Source: Elusimicrobiota bacterium
GTDB taxonomy: Bacteria > Elusimicrobiota > Elusimicrobia > F11
DNA: 48,578 bases
Direction: 5' to 3'
Assembly: GCA_046153645.1 (NCBI GenBank)
Contig: JBJXGI010000101.1
Location: 1 to 48,578, forward strand
Part shown: piece by piece, positions 42,420 through 48,578 of the stretch
How positions within the stretch are numbered: the stretch's first letter is position 1
How the letters are laid out: every line of letters starts with the position of its first letter
Position numbers and translations under genes: made by a program
The notes under the pieces: generated by a model
What the model was told of the DNA's origin: nothing
The model's database searches: none
What the model saw: the letters and a program-made list of their open reading frames with translations, nothing else

Positions 42420-42944
42420 ATGATAAAAGAAACATTAGTCAAAACACAGGGGACAGCAGCAAATGCAAGTGAGTTCGTTTCAAAGATTCAAACAGCCATG
42501 CGCAAAAGCGATTCAACCAATAAAGGGTTTTTCGTTATATTGCTCCAGTTGCAAAATATTGATCAATTCAAGAAAAAGCGACCATCCCATGTACTAAATA
42601 GCCTTTATAGAGAGCTGTTTTATTCTATTCGGCAAGCGGTTCATCCAAGTCAGTTTGTTGGGATTTTTGAAAATGGGCTAGGACTTGTTTTTGACAATAT
42701 TGATGTGGGGCAGGTAGACACCATTGCCAGAAGGCTTGTGGTTTTAACTCAACAAGTTATTAGAAATGGAAAATATAATGACCTTGCTTCTAGATGGACT
42801 GATATCGTTTATGACTTTTTATTTCCGAATAAACCGATGTTGTTAATGCCAAAAGTAGGCTGGTCTATTTATCCAAGAGATGGAGCCACCCCACTAGAAC
42901 TTATTAGTCGAGCTTATCATCATTCAACAGAACTGAGTAAATAA
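42420..42944 (+). CDS. Degenerate stand-alone GGDEF-domain protein
   Basis: Follows the GGDEF fold pattern (N..EF...FFVILLQLQN..F....VGIFENGLGLVF...IARRL...KVGWSIYPRDGATPLELISRA) but lacks the GG(D/E)EF motif. Confidence 0.7.
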   Translation: MIKETLVKTQGTAANASEFVSKIQTAMRKSDSTNKGFFVILLQLQNIDQFKKKRPSHVLNSLYRELFYSIRQAVHPSQFVGIFENGLGLVFDNIDVGQVDTIARRLVVLTQQVIRNGKYNDLASRWTDIVYDFLFPNKPMLLMPKVGWSIYPRDGATPLELISRAYHHSTELSK

Positions 42945-42955
42945 GAGGGCTAAAC

Positions 42956-43231
42956 TCAGGCAGTTTGCTTGGCTCTATAATTGGGATCGTTATACATCTT
43001 AAATTGTCGGTAAACTTTAAGTTGTTTTTGTCCAGATAACACATCTTGAAATAACTGTGTTAATTCTTCTGACAAATCTTTTTGCTGAATCTTAAGAATT
43101 TCTGATTTCTGAGAACAGGCCTGACGATGAGCCTCGGTGGCATCTTTTCTATCAATTTGGAGACCCATATAATGAATCTTTAAACCCATAATGGAAATTT
43201 TATCAACTAAACTGCCAATTGTTTCAGCCAT
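42956..43231 (-). CDS. DUF4254-family protein, C-terminal-half type
   Basis: MAETIGSLVDKISIMGLKIHYM...KVYRQFKMYNDP; ATG 43231 lies 1 nt after the upstream TGA. Confidence 0.75.
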   Translation of the reverse strand: MAETIGSLVDKISIMGLKIHYMGLQIDRKDATEAHRQACSQKSEILKIQQKDLSEELTQLFQDVLSGQKQLKVYRQFKMYNDPNYRAKQTA

Positions 43232-43232
43232 T

Positions 43233-43442
43233 TCATTTAACCTTTTGGACCAATTGAATAACGTATTCATCAATTTTTTCAATAAAATCATTTCTTTGTT
43301 GATTCAATTTGTCGATATTTTTTTTAGCTTGCGCAATTTCCAAATCACTACCCACTCTGGCTTTATCCTCTTCTTTCCATAAAACCGAATTGGCCTGACA
43401 TAAAGACGCAACCAATTCACCTAAACCTTTATTATTTTCCAT
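43233..43442 (-). CDS. DUF4254-family protein, N-terminal-half type
   Basis: NSVLWKEEDKAR...KKNIDKLNQQRNDFIEKIDE. Confidence 0.72.
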   Translation of the reverse strand: MENNKGLGELVASLCQANSVLWKEEDKARVGSDLEIAQAKKNIDKLNQQRNDFIEKIDEYVIQLVQKVK

Positions 43443-44462
43443 TTAATTCTCCTCTAAAAGTTGATCTACTTTTTCTAACACTTTTTTCTCATTTAAATTT
43501 TCCATACATAAATGACCAATCGGACATACGGATAAATGACAACCCAAACAATCTAATTCAATCAAATTAATCACCTTATGTATCCGACCTGCTTCCACAT
43601 CTCCTGATAAGGACGGATTCCAATCTATCGGTCGAGTGGGCCCATAAATTGTTACAGTGGGCACTTTCACAGCCACAGCTAAATGCATGGCCCCAGAATC
43701 ATTGGTCACCACCAACTTAGCCTCCTTGAAAATAGCTGCCATTTGTCTCAAATGAGTTGGAGGCAATATAGGAAGCTTTGATTCGATTCCTTGTCTCACC
43801 TTAGCAATAACATCTTCTTCGCCAGGCCCCCAAGCTAAGAACACCTTTTCTTTTCGCCGATCAACCAAATCTAATCCCACTTCTCGAAACCCACTCCCCT
43901 TCCAAGCTCTAATGGGGTGGCGATGGGCAGGAACCAAGATTGTAAAAGATTTTGAAGTTAAATTCTCCTTCTTCATCCAATCTAAGGCAAATTTTTCATC
44001 TTCATTTATTAAAAATAACTGAGGCGTTAGCGGGTCAGTAGTTTGTTCAGTTTCCCCCAACCACTCTTGAATCATTCTTATTTTTCTTTTAGGAACATAC
44101 TCGGGAGCCTTTGGGACAGGAATCCTTTTCTTATAAAGAAACGAACGAAAAGAAGAATTAAACCCTACCGTTTCTTTGGCGCCACTTAAAGCACTAAGAT
44201 AAGAAGTCCTTGGATTATTTAAGAAATCAAAAATAACGTCGTATTTTTTTTGGCGGACAATTCGAATCTGCTCCAATGGTTTATTTTTATCATAAATCAA
44301 AATATCATTTAAATAAGGATTATTTTTTAACACTTCCAATCCCATGGATTCACAAAGAAAATCAATTTGAGCCTCTGGAAATTTTTTCCTCAAAAATGAT
44401 ACTGCTGGGGTGGTAAGCAATATATCACCAATTCTGCGAAGTTGAATAATTAAAATTTTCAT
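43443..44462 (-). CDS. Glycosyltransferase family 9 (LPS heptosyltransferase-like)
   Basis: KILIIQLRRIGDILLTTP, VTNDSGAMHLAVA, TIYGPT, C-x2-C-x4-C-x4-C tail. Confidence 0.9.
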   Translation of the reverse strand: MKILIIQLRRIGDILLTTPAVSFLRKKFPEAQIDFLCESMGLEVLKNNPYLNDILIYDKNKPLEQIRIVRQKKYDVIFDFLNNPRTSYLSALSGAKETVGFNSSFRSFLYKKRIPVPKAPEYVPKRKIRMIQEWLGETEQTTDPLTPQLFLINEDEKFALDWMKKENLTSKSFTILVPAHRHPIRAWKGSGFREVGLDLVDRRKEKVFLAWGPGEEDVIAKVRQGIESKLPILPPTHLRQMAAIFKEAKLVVTNDSGAMHLAVAVKVPTVTIYGPTRPIDWNPSLSGDVEAGRIHKVINLIELDCLGCHLSVCPIGHLCMENLNEKKVLEKVDQLLEEN

Positions 44463-44474
44463 TGGTTTTTAAAT

Positions 44475-45269
44475 TTATTCAGTGAGTCGAAACTGAACTC
44501 TAAAACGCTGCTCAGGTTTTTGGAAACCAGAAGGCAAAGCCGGTAAAGGAGAAGAATTTCGAACAGCTCTCAAAGCCACTGAATCATAATTTGCGTTTCC
44601 AGAACTTTTTTCAACTTTTATATCTTCAATATCACCACTTCTTTTAACAGTAAATCCAATAATACAACTATCCTTAGATCCAAAAAGGGCAGACTGGGTC
44701 CATTCTGACCACACTCGAGAACGTAATACTTTTAAATAGCTTCCAAACCCGAACCCAGCCCCTGTTCCGTCCCCAACCCCAATACCGATACCACGTCCGC
44801 TTCCGCCACCACTACCAGACCCATCTCCTCCACCTTGACCGAAATCAAATCCTCCCTGACCTGCTTTCTCATTTACAGAAGTTCCTCTTCGAATAATATT
44901 TGTTTTGGCTTCTTTGACTTCATCACCTTTTTCAATGGTTTCATCAGCATTCATATTCTTTTTTATTTCAATTTTCTTGTTATCCTTCTTAACTGCCCAA
45001 GTTTCCTCACCTCTTATCGCTTTTTGAACAGGCGCCGCTTTTTCTGGAATGGGAACCTTTATCGGTTGAGGAACGACTTGTCCCATTTTTTCTTCTTTCA
45101 TTCCCCCACTGGGGCCTCCGCCGCTGCCTCCACCACCGCCGCCATCACCTAAAAATTCGAACCCATCAATCAAAAGTAACTTCGGAGTAGAATTAAATAA
45201 AGGCGAAAAAAGAACCACGAGAAGTCCTACAAAATGAATAACGGTAGATGAAAGAAGGTATTTTTTCAC
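44475..45269 (-). CDS. TonB/TolA-family energy transducer with Gly-rich linker
   Basis: TM helix with S-x3-H (STVIH); C-terminal FTVKRSGDI..IKVEKSSGNANYDSVALRAV..PLP. Confidence 0.85.
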   Translation of the reverse strand: MKKYLLSSTVIHFVGLLVVLFSPLFNSTPKLLLIDGFEFLGDGGGGGGSGGGPSGGMKEEKMGQVVPQPIKVPIPEKAAPVQKAIRGEETWAVKKDNKKIEIKKNMNADETIEKGDEVKEAKTNIIRRGTSVNEKAGQGGFDFGQGGGDGSGSGGGSGRGIGIGVGDGTGAGFGFGSYLKVLRSRVWSEWTQSALFGSKDSCIIGFTVKRSGDIEDIKVEKSSGNANYDSVALRAVRNSSPLPALPSGFQKPEQRFRVQFRLTE

Positions 45270-45694
45270 TATTGATTAATCGATTCAGGCGAAACAGCAA
45301 CTCCTAATTTTTCAACCTTTAATTGTTTAGCCAGATCCATGACCCCAACAACGGAATTAAAAGAAACATTTTGATCCGCTTGAATAAGAAGTGACGCTTT
45401 ATGTCCTGGAGGTAATTTTTTATAAAGCACTTGTTTGAGATCCGAGAAAGAAATATTTTTTCCCTCAAACCCAAGTCGACCAGAAGCATCAATTTCAACT
45501 TTTAATGCTTGTTCATCGGAACTCGTCGCGGTGGTTACTTTTGGTAAATTTACCTTAAGCTGTGAATCCACAAGCATGGGTGAAATCACCATAAAAATAA
45601 TAAGAAGGACAAGAGCAATATCAATCAGCGGAACCATGTTGATTTCGGCTTGAATGTGATATTTTCCTGTTCCTTGAGATTGGCCCACTTTCAT
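45269..45694 (-). CDS. exbD: ExbD/TolR biopolymer transport protein
   Basis: EINMVPLIDIALVLLIIFMV, VNLP, IQADQNV. Confidence 0.88.
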   Translation of the reverse strand: MKVGQSQGTGKYHIQAEINMVPLIDIALVLLIIFMVISPMLVDSQLKVNLPKVTTATSSDEQALKVEIDASGRLGFEGKNISFSDLKQVLYKKLPPGHKASLLIQADQNVSFNSVVGVMDLAKQLKVEKLGVAVSPESINQ

Positions 45695-45696
45695 AA

Positions 45697-46323
45697 TTAA
45701 TCCTTTTTGGAAAGCGCGATATCAATGATTTCTGAGCCACATAATTCCCAATCTTGCGTTAAAATTCGCATTTTATTCACAAAATGGTTATAACCCAAAA
45801 GAGCCGGAATGGCGACCACCAAACCTGCGGCCGTTCCCACCAAAGCCTCTGAAATTCCAAGGGCCACTGAACTTGCTCCTCCAGCCGATGACATAGAAAC
45901 GGCCTGAAACGACCGAATGATTCCAATAACAGTTCCTAAAAGCCCAATAAAGGGAGCGACACTCGCGATGGTCCCCAAAAATGCAATATTTTTTTCTAGA
46001 TGTTGAACACTGGCTTGTATGGCACGATACTGATGACGCTCCATTTGTTCTCTGGTTTGAGCTAGAAAGATGGATTTAGCCAACAGAGCCAACGGCTGCT
46101 GCTTTTGATTTTCGCACCATTGAATTATCTTGTTTTTATCTTGAACATCTCGAATTGATTTCAGAAATGGTCTTGAGTCTGAATGGATTTTAGAAAATAC
46201 TTTCCAACGCTCAAATATAATCGCGAGTGTGATAATTGAACAGATAAGAAGAACAGACAATACCGGCCAACCGGCGATAATGATTTCTTTCCAAGATACG
46301 TTTCCCAAAGTAAATTCCTCCAA
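45697..46323 (-). CDS. exbB: MotA/TolQ/ExbB proton channel protein
   Basis: LGTIASVAPFIGLLGTVIGI, GISEALVGTAAGLVVAIPA. Confidence 0.88.
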   Translation of the reverse strand: MEEFTLGNVSWKEIIIAGWPVLSVLLICSIITLAIIFERWKVFSKIHSDSRPFLKSIRDVQDKNKIIQWCENQKQQPLALLAKSIFLAQTREQMERHQYRAIQASVQHLEKNIAFLGTIASVAPFIGLLGTVIGIIRSFQAVSMSSAGGASSVALGISEALVGTAAGLVVAIPALLGYNHFVNKMRILTQDWELCGSEIIDIALSKKD

Positions 46324-46331
46324 TTAATATG

Positions 46332-47207
46332 TTATTTCAAAATTTTAAAAATTGCGGTCAAATCTTCTTTCCCTAAGCCCGCCTGTAAAGCTTTTTCCAT
46401 TAATTGACATACGGCTTCAGTTACGGGGAGAGAATGCTTTTTTTCCTTTATAAATTGAACCATAAACCGAACATCTTTAAGCATGTTTTCTAATGAAAAT
46501 GCCGGAGAGAAATCTTGTGTTAATAAAGCCTGTTCTTTGATCTGAAAATAACCGCAATTAAGAGCAGGACTGTGATGAATAACTTCGAAAATTTTCTTCA
46601 CATCCAGATCTTGCTGCTGTGCTAATGCCACTGATTCGCATAAGGCAGTAGTCAACTGAGCGACAATCAAATTCATACATAATTTTAAAGCAGTTCCCTG
46701 TCCAATAACACCCGCATGAACAATGGCCTTTCCCATTGACAATAAAAGTGTTTCGCATTTTTTAATGAGCTCTAAATCCCCGCCTGCTAATAAGATGAGT
46801 TGCCCTGCTTCAACTTGTTTTTTACTTCCCGTGACGGGGCAATCTAAAAAACTCATCCCTGAAGAGATCGCTTGCGCTGCTACGGAAAGAGTTGTTGCTC
46901 GATCAAGTGTACTCATTTGAATCAGAGTTTTTCCTTTATTTTGAGAAGAAAAAACTCCGTTTTCTCCATTAAGGACATTATGAATGGCATGGGGATCAGA
47001 AACCATCGTAACTATAACATCTGATTTCTCAGACAACTCTTTTGGAGATTTTTCTATGTGAAGGCCAGCTTCAAGTGCTTTGGCAATCGGGCGAGAGGAG
47101 CGGTTAAAAACCCGAACAGGGAACCCTGCCTTTTTGGCATTTATAGCCATCGCAAACCCCATAATTCCAAGGCCAATAAATCCAACGGACGGTTTTATTT
47201 CACTCAT
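46332..47207 (-). CDS. NAD(P)-dependent beta-hydroxyacid dehydrogenase (3-hydroxyisobutyrate dehydrogenase family)
   Basis: VGFIGLGIMG, FLDCPVTGS, GTALKLCMN, FSPAFSLENMLKD. Confidence 0.9.
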   Translation of the reverse strand: MSEIKPSVGFIGLGIMGFAMAINAKKAGFPVRVFNRSSRPIAKALEAGLHIEKSPKELSEKSDVIVTMVSDPHAIHNVLNGENGVFSSQNKGKTLIQMSTLDRATTLSVAAQAISSGMSFLDCPVTGSKKQVEAGQLILLAGGDLELIKKCETLLLSMGKAIVHAGVIGQGTALKLCMNLIVAQLTTALCESVALAQQQDLDVKKIFEVIHHSPALNCGYFQIKEQALLTQDFSPAFSLENMLKDVRFMVQFIKEKKHSLPVTEAVCQLMEKALQAGLGKEDLTAIFKILK

Positions 47208-47761
47208 TTTTCAGCATGGGAAACTTGCGGTCGAGCCTGGATAAGAGAAGCAGGTAGAGATTTTTTAATTGGGGTTAAAATATCTGAAACTTCTTTTGAA
47301 ATATTGTCAAAGTCCACAAAGAAATTCTTAGAAATATTTTTCCATGATTTACCTTCCATGCGAGCAGATAAAACCTTACCCGGTTCAATTTGAGCTTCCC
47401 TCGCCAAAACCAAAGCAGGGACAATTTCCGCATATCCAAAGTTTATATTTCTAAAATAACGAATTCTATCCACAGACAAAGAAAATTGATTGCTTAAATT
47501 AAGAATAACTTCTTTTTCATCTTTAAAAGTTTGAACATTTTTTTGAAAATGAGAAACATTTTGATCAACTTTATTTTTATTTATTTTCTTTTCTTCTATG
47601 ACTTTTGTTTTTGGGGGTATCTTTTCTTTAGTCGCCTCATCCGAGCTTTCATTTTCTTTAACTTCAACAACACCAGAACTTGTCATTTTGTACTTAGAAT
47701 GACTAGCAGAGTTTAAAAATATAAGTAACCCGCTCAATATGAGAATTTTTTTCTGATTCAT
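47204..47761 (-). CDS. Secreted hypothetical protein
   Basis: Signal peptide; helical domain GYAEIVPALVLA...GKSWKNI. Confidence 0.7.
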   Translation of the reverse strand: MNQKKILILSGLLIFLNSASHSKYKMTSSGVVEVKENESSDEATKEKIPPKTKVIEEKKINKNKVDQNVSHFQKNVQTFKDEKEVILNLSNQFSLSVDRIRYFRNINFGYAEIVPALVLAREAQIEPGKVLSARMEGKSWKNISKNFFVDFDNISKEVSDILTPIKKSLPASLIQARPQVSHAEK

Positions 47762-47762
47762 A

Positions 47763-48089
47763 TCAAACCTTCCTTGAATGTAAGGGGCCTTTTAAGAGCA
47801 TTCTAAAAAAAAGCTTTTCGAGAAACCCTTGATCTTTAATAATAAGGCCATATCGTTTCATTTGCCCTTGAGAGAGCCTGGTTACAACTTTACCTTTAAT
47901 TTTTAGCGGGATCTCAACTTGACAGATCACTTCCCTTCCATTTTCTAAATCAACCTCAGAGAAGATCCCAAGCCCCCCCAAACTAACATCTTGAACAACA
48001 CCTCTGCCGATATGCTCCCCAAATTCAGAAGAAATTTCCACAAATAATTTAGAATCTTTTCTGATCGATTTTCTTTTTTCCCGAGTCAA
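47763..48089 (-). CDS. PilZ-domain (c-di-GMP-binding) protein
   Basis: RxxxR (EKRKSIR) and DxSxGG (DVSLGG); TTG start with SD AGGAGG. Confidence 0.85.
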   Translation of the reverse strand: MTREKRKSIRKDSKLFVEISSEFGEHIGRGVVQDVSLGGLGIFSEVDLENGREVICQVEIPLKIKGKVVTRLSQGQMKRYGLIIKDQGFLEKLFFRMLLKGPLHSRKV

Positions 48090-48109
48090 ATGTACCTCCT
48101 AGTTTCCAA

Positions 48110-48159
48110 CTGAATGACATTAATACAGATGGCGACTTCCGTCAACCTGAATACATTCA
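48110..48159 (-). promoter_or_regulatory. Putative promoter TTGACG-N17-TAATGT flanked by TGAAT-n-ATT repeats
   Basis: -35 at 48140-48145, -10 at 48117-48122; palindrome TGAATacATTCA at 48148-48159. Confidence 0.4.
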
Positions 48160-48190
48160 CCGACAACAAGAATCGTCTTATTTTCTCTTT

Positions 48191-48577
48191 TCACTTCAGG
48201 ATCAGGGATCTTTGGCGATATATTTCAAACATACAAATAGCAGCCGCATGACTAACATTAAGAGACTCAACCTTTCCATTCATTGGAATACGAATAGAAT
48301 CTTCAAAAAGCAAGGATTCATCAGAATTAAAACCACTTCCTTCAGAACCAAAAGCCAAAACAATCGATTGCTGAGACCAATCACACTTATAAAGATTATT
48401 TTTAGCATCAGAAGCGGCGGCAAAAACTTTTACAGAACTCTTTCTCAGTAAATCCAGAACATCTTTTAATTTCAAACCCGAATAAGAAGGAACTCTAAAT
48501 ATACTTCCGGTTGAAGCGCGTAAACATTTAGGTCCCCAGGGTTCAGCAGAACCTTCTGTTAGGATAATACCATCAAT
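48191..48577 (-). CDS. TrmH/SpoU-family RNA 2'-O-methyltransferase (5'-truncated by the window edge)
   Basis: Frame is open to the window end (IDGIILTEGSAEPWGPKCLRASTGSIFRVP); FGSEGSG, IPMNGKVESLNVSHAAAI. Confidence 0.92.
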   Translation of the reverse strand: MDGIILTEGSAEPWGPKCLRASTGSIFRVPSYSGLKLKDVLDLLRKSSVKVFAAASDAKNNLYKCDWSQQSIVLAFGSEGSGFNSDESLLFEDSIRIPMNGKVESLNVSHAAAICMFEIYRQRSLILK

Positions 48578-48578
48578 A

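Noticed and set aside
42933..42959. Bidirectional terminator (CTGAGT...ACTCAG) between the convergent genes
   Set aside because: The 6-bp stem has a 15-nt loop and no T-tracts, which is too weak to call.
48090..48190. c-di-GMP riboswitch upstream of PilZ
   Set aside because: I see no GEMM or class II consensus, only a weak 5-bp hairpin.
3757..48451. Short plus-strand and alternative-frame ORFs in the track (for example 5075..5332, 18803..19126, 47058..47393, 14389..14676)
   Set aside because: They are shadows of well-supported genes and have no recognisable motifs.
1..48578. CRISPR arrays, IS or prophage elements, tRNA or rRNA genes
   Set aside because: Coding density is near complete, the largest gap is under 200 bp, and I saw no repeat-spacer pattern, transposase or integrase.

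Overview
This 48.6-kb window is AT-rich bacterial core chromosome from a diderm, LPS-making organism; gene content and the ClpC style are compatible with Elusimicrobiota, which is an inference. All credible genes except one lie on the minus strand. In transcription order (right to left) they are: partial TrmH methyltransferase, PilZ protein, hypothetical, beta-hydroxyacid dehydrogenase, ExbB/ExbD/TonB-TolA-like, GT9 heptosyltransferase, split DUF4254, [plus strand: degenerate stand-alone GGDEF protein], hypothetical, a 1143-aa secreted NHL-FN3-transglutaminase-like-TPR protein with a small secreted partner, a coiled-coil protein, metH, secA, lnt, prfB (programmed +1 frameshift), a single-domain receiver, lysS, lolC/E, lolD, ilvE, clpC, tamB-like, bamA, skp, lpxD, lpxC, fabZ, lpxA, lpxI, gnnA-like, lpxB, msbA, thiS, thiG, a PorV/FadL-like barrel, recG and coaD. 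I found no rRNA, tRNA, CRISPR array or mobile element. The most notable observations are a single in-frame TAA splitting the essential bamA gene, the uncharacterised secreted transglutaminase-like two-gene module beside a catalytically dead GGDEF protein, a shared bipartite motif upstream of bamA and fabZ, probable leaderless promoters, and a GnnA-like gene suggesting diamino-glucose lipid A.
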